Origin: Eledone cirrhosa | Taxonomy: Eukaryota | DNA: 64,000 nt | NCBI GenBank assembly: GCA_964016885.1 | Contig: OZ024742.1 | Location: 346,704,001 to 346,768,000, forward strand | Reading direction: 5' to 3' | In this document: positions 14,751-30,539 of the stretch, piece by piece | Layout of the letters: every line of letters begins with the position of its first letter | Position numbering within the stretch: the stretch's first letter is position 1 | Made by a program: the position numbers and the translations under genes | Notes under the pieces: model-generated | Databases searched by the model: none | Seen by the model: only the letters and a program-made list of their open reading frames with translations | What the model was told of the DNA's origin: nothing

Positions 14751-17379
14751 ACATTAAGATACTTGTAATATAAGCCCACATTAAGATACTTGTAATATAA
14801 GCCTACATTAAGATACGTGTAATATAAGCCTACATTAAGATACTTGTAATATAAGCCTACATTAAGATACATGTATTATAAGCCTTCATTAAGATACTTG
14901 TAATATAAGCCTACTTTAAGATACTTGTATTATAAGCACACATTCAGATACTTGTATTATAAGCCTACATTAAGATACTTGTAATATAAGCCAACATTAA
15001 GATACTTGTAATATAAGTCTACATTAAGATACTCGTAATATAAGCCTACATTAAGATGCTTGTAATATAAGCCTACATTAAGATACTTGTAATATAATCC
15101 TACATTAAGATACTTGTAATATAAGCCTACATTAAGATACTCGTAATATAAGCCTACATTAAGATACTTGTATTATAAGCCTACATTAAGATACTTGTAA
15201 TATAATCCCACATTAAGATACTTGTATTATAAGCCTTCATTAAGATACTTGTAATATAAGCCTACATTAAGATACTTGTATTATAAGCCTACATTGAGAT
15301 ACTTGTATTATAAGCCCACATTAAGACACTTGTAATATAAGCCAACATTAAGATACTTGTAATATAAGCCTCCATTAAGATACTTGTATTATAAGCCTAC
15401 ATTAAGATACTTGTAATATAAGCCTACATTAAGATACTTGTATTATAAGCCTTCATTAAGATACTTGTAATATAAGCCTACATTAAGATACTTGTATTAT
15501 AAGCCTTCATTGAGATACTTGTATTATAAGCCAACATTAAGACACTTGTAATATAAGCCTACATTAAGATACTTGTATTATAAGTCTACATTAAGAGACT
15601 TGTAATATAAGCCGACATTAAGATACTTGTATTATAAGCCTACATTAAGATACTTGTAATATAAGCCTACATTAAGATACTTGTATTATAAGCCTACATT
15701 AAGATACTTGCATTATAAGCCCACATTAAGATACTTGTAATATAAGCCTACATTAAGATACTTGTATTATAATCCTACATTAAGATACTTGTATTATAAG
15801 CCCACATTAAGATACTTGTAATATAATCCCACATTAAGATACTTGTAATATAATCCCACGTTAAGATACGTGTAAAATAAGCCAACATTAAGATACTTGT
15901 AATATAAGCCTACATTAAGATACTCGTAATATAAGCCTACATTAAGATACTTGTAATATAAGCCAACATTAAGATACTTGTAATATAAGCCCACATTAAG
16001 ATACTTGTAATATAAGCCAACATTAAGATACTTGTATTATAAGCCTACATTAAGATATTTGTATTATAAGCCTACATTAAGATACTTGTAATATAAGCCT
16101 ACATTAAGATAATTGTATTATAAGCCTACATTAAGATACTTGTAATATAAGCCTAAATTAAGATACTTGTATTATAAGCCCACATTAAGATACTTGTAAT
16201 ATAAGCCAACATTAAGATACTTGTATTATAAGCCTACATTAAGATACTTGGAATATAAGCCTACATTAAGATACTTGTATTATAAGCCAATATTAAGATA
16301 CTTGTATTATAATCCCACATTAAGATACTTGTAATATAAGCTTACATTAAGATACTTGTATTATAAGCCCACATTAAGATACTTGTATTATAATCCCACA
16401 TTAAGATACTTGTAATATAAGCCTACATTAAGATACTTGTATTATAAGCCCACATTAAGATACGTGTAATATAAGCCAACATTAAGATACTTGTAATATA
16501 AGCCTAAATTAAGATGCTCGTAATATAAGCCTCCATTAAGATACTTGTATTATAAGCCTACATTAAGATACTTGTATTATAAGCCAACATTAAGATACTT
16601 GTAATATAAGCCTTCATTAAGATACTTGTAATATAAGTCTACATTAAGATACTTGTAATATAAGCCTACATAAAGATACTTGTATTATAAGCCTACATTA
16701 AGATACTTGTATTATAAGCCTACATTAAGATACTTGTAATATAAGCCAACATTAAGATACTTGTAATATAAGCCAACATTAAGATACTTGTATTATAAGC
16801 CTACATTAAGATACTTGTAATATAAGCCCACATTAAGATACTTGTAATATAAGCCTACATTAAGATACGTGTAATATAAGCCTACATTAAGATACTTGTA
16901 ATATAAGCCTACATTAAGATACATGTAATATAAGCCTTCATTAAGATACTTGTAATATAAGCCTACTTTAAGATACTTGTATTATAAGCCTACATTAAGA
17001 TACTTGTATTATAAGCACACATTAAGACACTTGTAATATAAGCCTACATTAAGATACTTGTATTATAAGTCTACATTAAGATACTTGTAATATAAGCCCG
17101 CATTAAGATACTTGTATTATAAGCCTAAATTAAGATACTTGTAATATAAGACTACATTAAGATACTTGTATTATAACCCTACATTAAGATACTTGCATTA
17201 TAAGTCCACATTAAGATACTTGTAATATAAGCCTACATTAAGATACTTGTATTATAAGCCTACATTAAGATACTTGTATTATAAGCCCACATTAAGATAC
17301 TTGTAATATAATCTCACATTAAGATACTTGTAATATAATCCCACATTAAGATACTTGTTATATAATCCAACAATAAGAT

Positions 17380-20300
17380 ACTTGTAATATAAGCCTACAT
17401 TAAGATACTTGTAATATAATCCCACATTAAGATACTTGTAATATAAGCCTAGGTTAAGATACGTGTAATATAAGCCAACATTAAGATACTTGTAATATAA
17501 GCCTACATTAAGATACTCGTAATATAAGCCTACATTAAGATACTTGTAATATAAGCCAACATTAAGATACTTGTATTATAAGCCTACATTAAGATACTTG
17601 TAATATAAGCCGACATTAAGATACTTGTAATATATGCAAAAATTAAGATACTTGTAATATAAGCCCACATTAAGATACTTGTAATATAAGCCTTCATTAA
17701 GATACCTGTATTATAAACCTACATTAAGATACTTGTAATATAAGCCTAAATTAAGATAGTTGTATTATAAGCATACATTAAGATACTTGTATTATAAGCC
17801 GACATTAAGATACTTGTAATATAAGCCAACATTAAGATACTTGTAATATAAGCCTACATTAAGATACTTGTAATATAAGCCTACATTAAGATACTTGTAT
17901 TATAAGCCTACATTAAGATACTTGTATTATAATCCCACATTAAGATACTTGTAATATAAGCCTACATTAAGATACTTGTATTATAAGCCCACATTCAGAT
18001 ACTTGTATTATAAGCCCACATTAAGATACTTGTAATATAAGCCAACATTAAGATACTTGTAATATAAGTCTACATTAAGATACTCGTAATATAAGCCTAC
18101 ATTAAGATGCTTGTAATATAAGCCTACATTAAGATACTTGTAATATAATCCTACATTAAGATACTTGTAATATAAGCCTACATTAAGATACTCGTAATAT
18201 AAGCCTACATTAAGATACTTGTATTATAAGCCTACATTAAGATACTTGTAATATAATCCCACATTAAGATACTTGTATTATAAGCCTTCATTAAGATACT
18301 TGTAATATAAGCCTACATTAAGATACTTGTATTATAAGCCTACATTGAGATACTTCTATTATAAGCCCACATTAAGACACTTGTAATATAAGCCAACATT
18401 AAGATACTTGTAATATAAGCCTACATTAAGATACTTGTATTATAAGCCTACATTAAGATACTTGTAATATAAGCCTACATTAAGATACTTGTATTATAAG
18501 CCCACATTAAAATACTTGTATTATAATCCCACATTAAGATACTTGTAATATAAGCCTACATTAAGATACTTGTATTATAAGCCCACATTAAGATACGTGT
18601 ATTATAAGCCAACATTAAGATACTTGTAATATAAGCCTAAATTAAGATACTCGTAATATAAGCCTCCATTAAGATACTTTTATTATAAGCCTACATTAAG
18701 ATACTTGTATTATAAGCCCACATTAAGATACTTGTAATATAAGCCTTCATTAAGATACTTGTAATATAAGTCTACATTAAGATACTTGTAATATAAGCCT
18801 ACATTAAGATACTTGTATTATAAGCCTACATTAAGATACTTGTAATATAAGCCGACATTAAGACACTTGTAATATAAGCGAAAATTAAGATACTTGTAAT
18901 ATAAGCCCACATTAAGATACTTGTAATATAAGCCTTCATTAAGATACTTGTATTATAAGCCTACATTAAGATACTTGTATTATAAGCCTACATTAAGATA
19001 CTTGTATTATAAGCCTACATTAAGATACTTGTAATATAAGCCTAAATTAAGATAGTTGTATTATAAGCATACATTAAGATACTTGTATTATAAGCCGACA
19101 TTAAGATACTTGTAATATAAGCCAACATTAAGATACTTGTATTATAAGCCTACATTAAGATACTTGTAATATAAGCCTCCATTAAGATACTTGTATTATA
19201 AGCCTACATTAAGATACTTGTATTATAAGCCCACATTAAGATACTTGTAATATAAGCCAACATTAAGATACTTGTATTATAAGCCTACATTAAGATACTT
19301 GTAATATAAGCCTCCATTAAGATACTTGTATTATAAGCCTACATTAAGATACTTGTATTATAAGCCAACATTAAGATACTTGTAATATAAGGCTTCATTA
19401 AGATACTTGTAATATAAGTCTACATTAAGATACTTGTAATATAAGCCTACATTAAGATACTTGTAATATAATCCCACATTAAGATACTTGTAATATAAGC
19501 CTAGGTTAAGATACGTGTAATATAAGCCAACATTAAGATACTTGTAATATAAGCCTACATTAAGATACTCGTAATATAAGCCTACATTAAGATACTTGTA
19601 ATATAAGCCAACATTAAGATACTTGTATTATAAGCCTACATTAAGATACTTGTAATATAAGCCGACATTAAGATACTTGTAATATATGCAAAAATTAAGA
19701 TACTTGTAATATAAGCCCACATTAAGATACTTGTAATATAAGCCTTCATTAAGATACCTGTATTATAAACCTACATTAAGATACTTGTAATATAAGCCTA
19801 AATTAAGATAGTTGTATTATAAGCATACATTAAGATACTTGTATTATAAGCCGACATTAAGATACTTGTAATATAAGCCAACATTAAGATACTTGTAATA
19901 TAAGCCTACATTAAGATACTTGTAATATAAGCCTACATTAAGATACTTGTATTATAAGCCTACATTAAGATACTTGTATTATAATCCCACATTAAGATAC
20001 TTGTAATATAAGCCTACATTAAGATACTTGTATTATAAGCCCACATTCAGATACTTGTATTATAAGCCCACATTAAGATACTTGTAATATAAGCCAACAT
20101 TAAGATACTTGTAATATAAGTCTACATTAAGATACTCGTAATATAAGCCTACATTAAGATGCTTGTAATATAAGCCTACATTAAGATACTTGTAATATAA
20201 TCCTACATTAAGATACTTGTAATATAAGCCTACATTAAGATACTCGTAATATAAGCCTACATTAAGATACTTGTATTATAAGCCTACATTAAGATACTTG

Positions 20301-21510
20301 TAATATAATCCCACATTAAGATACTTGTATTATAAGCCTTCATTAAGATACTTGTAATATAAGCCTACATTAAGATACTTGTATTATAAGCCTACATTGA
20401 GATACTTCTATTATAAGCCCACATTAAGACACTTGTAATATAAGCCAACATTAAGATACTTGTAATATAAGCCTACATTAAGATACTTGTATTATAAGCC
20501 TACATTAAGATACTTGTAATATAAGCCTACATTAAGATACTTGTATTATAAGCCCACATTAAAATACTTGTATTATAATCCCACATTAAGATACTTGTAA
20601 TATAAGCCTACATTAAGATACTTGTATTATAAGCCCACATTAAGATACGTGTATTATAAGCCAACATTAAGATACTTGTAATATAAGCCTAAATTAAGAT
20701 ACTCGTAATATAAGCCTCCATTAAGATACTTTTATTATAAGCCTACATTAAGATACTTGTATTATAAGCCCACATTAAGATACTTGTAATATAAGCCTTC
20801 ATTAAGATACTTGTAATATAAGTCTACATTAAGATACTTGTAATATAAGCCTACATTAAGATACTTGTATTATAAGCCTACATTAAGATACTTGTAATAT
20901 AAGCCGACATTAAGACACTTGTAATATAAGCGAAAATTAAGATACTTGTAATATAAGCCCACATTAAGATACTTGTAATATAAGCCTTCATTAAGATACT
21001 TGTATTATAAGCCTACATTAAGATACTTGTATTATAAGCCTACATTAAGATACTTGTATTATAAGCCTACATTAAGATACTTGTAATATAAGCCTAAATT
21101 AAGATAGTTGTATTATAAGCATACATTAAGATACTTGTATTATAAGCCGACATTAAGATACTTGTAATATAAGCCAACATTAAGATACTTGTATTATAAG
21201 CCTACATTAAGATACTTGTAATATAAGCCTCCATTAAGATACTTGTATTATAAGCCTACATTAAGATACTTGTATTATAAGCCCACATTAAGATACTTGT
21301 AATATAAGCCAACATTAAGATACTTGTATTATAAGCCTACATTAAGATACTTGTAATATAAGCCTCCATTAAGATACTTGTATTATAAGCCTACATTAAG
21401 ATACTTGTATTATAAGCCAACATTAAGATACTTGTAATATAAGGCTTCATTAAGATACTTGTAATATAAGTCTACATTAAGATACTTGTAATATAAGCCT
21501 ACATTAAGAT
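17380..21510. repeat. Tandem duplication of a 76-monomer (2052-bp) block
   Basis: AAGGCTTC at 19391/21443. The CCTAGG, TATGCAAAAA, CTTCTA and GCGAAAA markers repeat at the same offset. Confidence 0.9.
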
Positions 21511-22469
21511 ACTTGTATTATAAGCCTACATTAAGATACTTGTATTATAAGCCTACATTAAGATACTTGTAATATAAGCCTACATTTAGATACTTGTAAT
21601 ATAAGCCAACATTAAGATACTTGTAATATAAGCCAACATTAAGATACTTGTATTATAAGCCTACATTAAGATACTTGTAATATAAGCTTACATTAAGATA
21701 CTTGTAATATAAGCCTACATTAAGATACGTGTAATATAAGCCTACATTAAGATACTTGTAATATAAGCCTTCATTAAGATACATGTATTATAAGCCTTCA
21801 TTAAGAAACTTGTAATATAAGCCTACATTAAGATACTTGTATTATAAGCCTACATTAAGATACTTGTATTATAAGCCCACATTAAGACACTTGTAATATA
21901 AGCCTACATTAAGATACTTGTATTATAAGTCTACATTATGATACTTGTAATATAAGCCCACATTAAGATACTTGTATTATAAGCCTACATTAAGATACCT
22001 GTAATATAAGCCTACATTAAGATACTTGTATCATAAGCCTACATTAAGATACTTGCATTATAAGTCCACATTAAGATACTTGTAATATAAGCCTACATTA
22101 AGATACTTGTATTATAAGCCTACATTAAGATACTTATATTATAAGCCAACATTAAGATACTTGTAATATAATCCCACATTAAGATACTTGTAATATAATC
22201 CCACATTAAGATACTTGTTATATAATCCCACATTAAGATATTTGTAATATAAGCCGACATTAAGATACTTGTAATATAAGCCAACATTAAGATACTTGTA
22301 ATATAAGCCTACATTAAGATACTTGTAATATAAGCCTACATTAAGATACTTGTATTATAAGCCTACATTAAGATACTTGTATTATAATCCCACATTAAGA
22401 TACTTGTAATATAAGCCTACATTAAGATACTTGTATTATAAGCCCACATTCAGATACTTGTATTATAAG

Positions 22470-25400
22470 CCCACATTAAGATACTTGTAATATAAGCCAA
22501 CATTAAGATACTTGTAATATAAGTCTACATTAAGATACTCGTAATATAAGCCTACATTAAGATGCTTGTAATATAAGCCTACATTAAGATACTTGTAATA
22601 TAATCCTACATTAAGATACTTGTAATATAAGCCTACATTAAGATACTCGTAATATAAGCCTACATTAAGATACTTGTATTATAAGCCTACATTAAGATAC
22701 TTGTAATATAATCCCACATTAAGATACTTGTATTATAAGCCTTCATTAAGATACTTGTAATATAAGCCTACATTAAGATACTTGTATTATAAGCCTACAT
22801 TGAGATACTTCTATTATAAGCCCACATTAAGACACTTGTAATATAAGCCAACATTAAGATACTTGTAATATAAGCCTACATTAAGATACTTGTATTATAA
22901 GCCTACATTAAGATACTTGTAATATAAGCCTACATTAAGGTACTTGTATTATAAGCCCACATTAAAATACTTGTATTATAAGCCCACATTAAGATACTTG
23001 TAATATAAGCCTACATTAAGATACTTGTATTATAAGCCCACATTAAGATACGTGTAATATAAGCCAACATTAAGATACTTGTAATATAAGCCTAAATTAA
23101 GATACTCGTAATATAAGCCTCCATTAAGATACTTTTATTATAAGCCTACATTAAGATACTTGTATTATAAGCCCACATTAAGATACTTGTAATATAAGCC
23201 TTCATTAAGATACTTGTAATATAAGTCTACATTAAGATACTTGTAATATAAGCCTACATTAAGATACTTGTATTATAAGCCTACATTAAGATACTTGTAA
23301 TATAAGCCGACATTAAGACACTTGTAATATAAGCGAAAATTAAGATACTTGTAATATAAGCCCACATTAAGATACTTGTAATATAAGCCTTCATTAAGAT
23401 ACTTGTATTATAAGCCTACATTAAGATACTTGTATTATAAGCCTACATTAAGATACTTGTATTATAAGCCTACATTAAGATACTTGTAATATAAGCCTAA
23501 ATTAAGATAGTTGTATTATAAGCATACATTAAGATACTTGTATTATAAGCCGACATTAAGATACTTGTAATATAAGCCAACATTAAGATACTTGTATTAT
23601 AAGCCTACATTAAGATACTTGTAATATAAGCCTCCATTAAGATACTTGTATTATAAGCCTACATTAAGATACTTGTATTATAAGCCCACATTAAGATACT
23701 TGTAATATAAGCCAACATTAAGATACTTGTATTATAAGCCTACATTAAGATACTTGTAATATAAGCCTCCATTAAGATACTTGTATTATAAGCCTACATT
23801 AAGATACTTGTATTATAAGCCCACATTAAGATACTTGTAATATAAGCCTTCATTAAGATACTTGTAATATAAGTCTACATTAAGATACTTGTAATATAAG
23901 CCTACATTAAGATACTTGTATTATAAGCCTACATTAAGATACTTGTATTATAAGCCTACATTAAGATACTTGTAATATAAGCCTACATTTAGATACTTGT
24001 AATATAAGCCAACATTAAGATACTTGTAATATAAGCCAACATTAAGATACTTGTATTATAAGCCTACATTAAGATACTTGTAATATAAGCTTACATTAAG
24101 ATACTTGTAATATAAGCCTACATTAAGATACGTGTAATATAAGCCTACATTAAGATACTTGTAATATAAGCCTACATTAAGATACTTGTAATATAAGCCT
24201 ACATTAAGATACTTGTATTATAAGCCTACATTAAGATACTTGTAATATAAGCCTACATTAAGATACTTGTATCATAAGCCTATATTAAGATACTTGCATT
24301 ATAAGTCCACATTAAGATACTTGTAATATAAGCCTACATTAAGATACTTGTATTATAAGCCTACATTAAGATACTTATATTATAAGCCAACATTAAGATA
24401 CTTGTAATATAATCCCACATTAAGATACTTGTAATATAATCCCACATTAAGATACTTGTTATATAATCCCACATTAAGATACTTGTAATATAAGCCTACA
24501 TTAAGATACTTGTAATATAATCCAACATTAAGATACTTGTAATATAAGCCTAGGTTAATATACGTGTAATATAAGCCAACATTAATATACTTGTATTATA
24601 AGCCTACATTAAGATACTTGTAATATAAGCCTACATTAAGATACTTGTAATATAAGCCTACATTAAGATACGTGTAATATAAGCCTACATTAAGATACTT
24701 GTAATATAAGCCTTCATTAAGATACATGTATTATAAGCCTTCATTAAGAAACTTGTAATATAAGCCTACATTAAGATACTTGTATTATAAGCCTACATTA
24801 AGATACTTGTATTATAAGCCCGCATTAAGATACGTGTAATATAAGCCAACATTAAGATACTTGTAATATAAGCCTAACTTAAGATACTCGTAATATAAGC
24901 CTCAATTAAGATACTTGTATTATAAGCCAACATTAAGATACTTGTATTATAAGCCCACATTAAGATACTTGTAATATAAGCCTTCATTAAGATACTTGTA
25001 ATATAAGTCTACATTAAGATACTTGTAATATAAGCCTCCATTAAGATACTTGTATTATAAGCCTGCATTAAGATACTTGTATTATAAGCCTACATTAAGA
25101 TACTTGTAATATAAGCCTACATTAAGATACGTGTAAAATAAGCCAACATTAAGATACTTGTAATATAAGCTTACATTAAGATACTCGTAATATAAGCCTA
25201 CATTAAGATACTTGTAATATAAGCCAACATTAAGATATTTGTATTATAAGCCTACATTAAGATACTTGTAATATAAGCCTACATTAAGATAATTGTATTA
25301 TAAGCCTACATTAAGATACTTGTAATATAAACCTAAATTAAGATACTTGTATTATAAGCCCACATTAAGATACTTGTAATATAAGCCAACATTAAGATAC

Positions 25401-28400
25401 TTGTATTATAAGCCTACATTAAGATACTTGGAATATAAGCCTTCATTAAGATACTTGTATTATAAGCCAACATTAAGATACTTGTAATATAATCCTACAT
25501 TAAGATACTTGTAATATAAGCCTACATTAAGATAATTGTATTATAAGCCTACATTAAGATACTTGTAATATAAACCTAAATTAAGATACTTGTATTATAA
25601 GCCCACATTAAGATACTTGTAATATAAGCCAACATTAAGATACTTGTAATATAAGTCTACATTAAGATACTCGTAATATAAGCCTACATTAAGATGCTTG
25701 TAATATAAGCCTACATTAAGATACTTGTAATATAATCCTACATTAAGATACTTGTAATATAAGCCTACATTAAGATACTCGTAATATAAGCCTACATTAA
25801 GATACTTGTATTATAAGCCTACATTAAGATACTTGTAATATAATCCCACATTAAGATACTTGTATTATAAGCCTTCATTAAGATACTTGTAATATAAGCC
25901 TACATTAAGATACTTGTATTATAAGCCTACATTGAGATACTTCTATTATAAGCCCACATTAAGACACTTGTAATATAAGCCAACATTAAGATACTTGTAA
26001 TATAAGCCTACATTAAGATACTTGTATTATAAGCCTACATTAAGATACTTGTAATATAAGCCTACATTAAGGTACTTGTATTATAAGCCCACATTAAAAT
26101 ACTTGTATTATAAGCCCACATTAAGATACTTGTAATATAAGCCTACATTAAGATACTTGTATTATAAGCCCACATTAAGATACGTGTAATATAAGCCAAC
26201 ATTAAGATACTTGTAATATAAGCCTAAATTAAGATACTCGTAATATAAGCCTCCATTAAGATACTTTTATTATAAGCCTACATTAAGATACTTGTATTAT
26301 AAGCCCACATTAAGATACTTGTAATATAAGCCTTCATTAAGATACTTGTAATATAAGTCTACATTAAGATACTTGTAATATAAGCCTACATTAAGATACT
26401 TGTATTATAAGCCTACATTAAGATACTTGTAATATAAGCCGACATTAAGACACTTGTAATATAAGCGAAAATTAAGATACTTGTAATATAAGCCCACATT
26501 AAGATACTTGTAATATAAGCCTTCATTAAGATACTTGTATTATAAGCCTACATTAAGATACTTGTATTATAAGCCTACATTAAGATACTTGTATTATAAG
26601 CCTACATTAAGATACTTGTAATATAAGCCTAAATTAAGATAGTTGTATTATAAGCATACATTAAGATACTTGTATTATAAGCCGACATTAAGATACTTGT
26701 AATATAAGCCAACATTAAGATACTTGTATTATAAGCCTACATTAAGATACTTGTAATATAAGCCTCCATTAAGATACTTGTATTATAAGCCTACATTAAG
26801 ATACTTGTATTATAAGCCCACATTAAGATACTTGTAATATAAGCCAACATTAAGATACTTGTATTATAAGCCTACATTAAGATACTTGTAATATAAGCCT
26901 CCATTAAGATACTTGTATTATAAGCCTACATTAAGATACTTGTATTATAAGCCCACATTAAGATACTTGTAATATAAGCCTTCATTAAGATACTTGTAAT
27001 ATAAGTCTACATTAAGATACTTGTAATATAAGCCTACATTAAGATACTTGTATTATAAGCCTACATTAAGATACTTGTATTATAAGCCTACATTAAGATA
27101 CTTGTAATATAAGCCTACATTTAGATACTTGTAATATAAGCCAACATTAAGATACTTGTAATATAAGCCAACATTAAGATACTTGTATTATAAGCCTACA
27201 TTAAGATACTTGTAATATAAGCTTACATTAAGATACTTGTAATATAAGCCTACATTAAGATACGTGTAATATAAGCCTACATTAAGATACTTGTAATATA
27301 AGCCTACATTAAGATACTTGTAATATAAGCCTACATTAAGATACTTGTATTATAAGCCTACATTAAGATACTTGTAATATAAGCCTACATTAAGATACTT
27401 GTATCATAAGCCTATATTAAGATACTTGCATTATAAGTCCACATTAAGATACTTGTAATATAAGCCTACATTAAGATACTTGTATTATAAGCCTACATTA
27501 AGATACTTATATTATAAGCCAACATTAAGATACTTGTAATATAATCCCACATTAAGATACTTGTAATATAATCCCACATTAAGATACTTGTTATATAATC
27601 CCACATTAAGATACTTGTAATATAAGCCTACATTAAGATACTTGTAATATAATCCAACATTAAGATACTTGTAATATAAGCCTAGGTTAATATACGTGTA
27701 ATATAAGCCAACATTAATATACTTGTATTATAAGCCTACATTAAGATACTTGTAATATAAGCCTACATTAAGATACTTGTAATATAAGCCTACATTAAGA
27801 TACGTGTAATATAAGCCTACATTAAGATACTTGTAATATAAGCCTTCATTAAGATACATGTATTATAAGCCTTCATTAAGAAACTTGTAATATAAGCCTA
27901 CATTAAGATACTTGTATTATAAGCCTACATTAAGATACTTGTATTATAAGCCCGCATTAAGATACGTGTAATATAAGCCAACATTAAGATACTTGTAATA
28001 TAAGCCTAACTTAAGATACTCGTAATATAAGCCTCAATTAAGATACTTGTATTATAAGCCAACATTAAGATACTTGTATTATAAGCCCACATTAAGATAC
28101 TTGTAATATAAGCCTTCATTAAGATACTTGTAATATAAGTCTACATTAAGATACTTGTAATATAAGCCTCCATTAAGATACTTGTATTATAAGCCTGCAT
28201 TAAGATACTTGTATTATAAGCCTACATTAAGATACTTGTAATATAAGCCTACATTAAGATACGTGTAAAATAAGCCAACATTAAGATACTTGTAATATAA
28301 GCTTACATTAAGATACTCGTAATATAAGCCTACATTAAGATACTTGTAATATAAGCCAACATTAAGATATTTGTATTATAAGCCTACATTAAGATACTTG

Positions 28401-28620
28401 TAATATAAGCCTACATTAAGATAATTGTATTATAAGCCTACATTAAGATACTTGTAATATAAACCTAAATTAAGATACTTGTATTATAAGCCCACATTAA
28501 GATACTTGTAATATAAGCCAACATTAAGATACTTGTATTATAAGCCTACATTAAGATACTTGGAATATAAGCCTTCATTAAGATACTTGTATTATAAGCC
28601 AACATTAAGATACTTGTATT
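22470..28620. repeat. Near-tandem duplication at a 116-monomer (3132-bp) offset
   Basis: CCTCAATT at 24901/28033. The AAGGTAC, ATTTAGA, TATCATAAGCCTATA and GGTTAATATACG markers are colinear. Confidence 0.88.
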
Positions 28621-30539
28621 ATAATCCCACATTAAGATACTTGTAATATAAGCCTACATTAAGATACTTGTATTATAAGCCCATATTAAGATACTTGTAA
28701 TATAAGCCTACATTAAGATACTTGTATTATAAGCCCACATTAAGATACTTGTAATATAAGCCTACATTAAAATACTTGTATTATAAGCCCACATTAAGAT
28801 ACTTGTAATATAAGCCTACATTAAGATACTTGTATTATAAGCCCACATTAAGATACGTGTAATATAAGCCAACATTAAGATACTTGTAATATAAGCCTAA
28901 ATTAAGATACTCGTAATATAAGCCTCCATTAAGATACTTTTATTATAAGCCTACATTAAGATACTTGTATTATAAGCCCACATTAAGATACTTGTAATAT
29001 AAGCCTTCATTAAGATACTTGTAATATAAGTCTACATTAAGATACTTGTAATATAAGCCTACATTAAGATACTTGTATTATAAGCCTACATTAAGATACT
29101 TGTAATATAAGCCGACATTAAGACACTTGTAATATAAGCGAAAATTAAGATACTTGTAATATAAGCCCACATTAAGATACTTGTAATATAAGCCTTCATT
29201 AAGATACTTGTATTATAAGCCTACATTAAGATACTTGTAATATAAGCCTACATTAAGATACTTGTATTATAAGCCTACATTAAGATACTTGTAATATAAG
29301 CCTAAATTAAGATAGTTGTATTATAAGCATACATTAAGATACTTGTATTATAAGCCGACATTAAGATACTTGTAATATAAGCCAACATTAAGATACTTGT
29401 ATTATAAGCCTACATTAAGATACTTGTAATATAAGCCTCCATTAAGATACTTGTATTATAAGCCTACATTAAGATACTTGTATTATAAGCCCACATTAAG
29501 ATACTTGTAATATAAGCCAACATTAAGATACTTGTATTATAAGCCTACATTAAGATACTTGTAATATAAGCCTCCATTAAGATACTTGTATTATAAGCCT
29601 ACATTAAGATACTTGTATTATAAGCCCACATTAAGATACTTGTAATATAAGCCTTCATTAAGATACTTGTAATATAAGTCTACATTAAGATACTTGTATT
29701 ATAAGCCCACATTAAGATACTTGTAATATAATCCCACATTAAGATACTTGTAATATAATCCCACGTTAAGATACGTGTAAAATAAGCCAACATTAAGATA
29801 CTTGTAATATAAGCCTACATTAAGATACTCGTAATATAAGCCTACATTAAGATACTTGTAATATAAGCCAACATTAAGATACTTGTAATATAAGCCTACA
29901 TTAAGATACTTGTAATATAAGCCAACATTAAGATACTTGTATTATAAGCCTACATTAAAATACTTGTAATATAAGCCGACATTAAGATACTTGTAATATA
30001 AGCCTTCATTAAGATACTTATAATATAAGCCAACATTAAGATATTTGTATTATAAGCCTACATTAAGATACTTGTAATATAAGCCTACATTAAAATAATT
30101 GTATTATAAGCCTACATTAAGATACTTGTAATATAAGCCTAAATTAAGATACTTGTATTATAAGCCCACATTAAGATACTTGTAATATAAGCCAACATTA
30201 AGATACTTGTATTATAAGCCTACATTAAGATACTTGGAATATAAGCCTACATTAAGATACTTGTATTATAAGCCAATATTAAGATACTTGTAATATAAGC
30301 CTACATTAAGATACTTGTATTATAAGCCTACATTAAGATACTTGTAATATAAGCCTAAATTAAGATAGTTGTATTATAAGCATACATTAAGATACTTGTA
30401 TTATAAGCCTACATTAAGATACTTGTAATATAAGCCTAAATTAAGATAGTTGTATTATAAGCATACATTAAGATACTTGTATTATAAGCCGACATTAAGA
30501 TACTTGTATTATAAGCCCACATTAAGATACTTGTATTAT

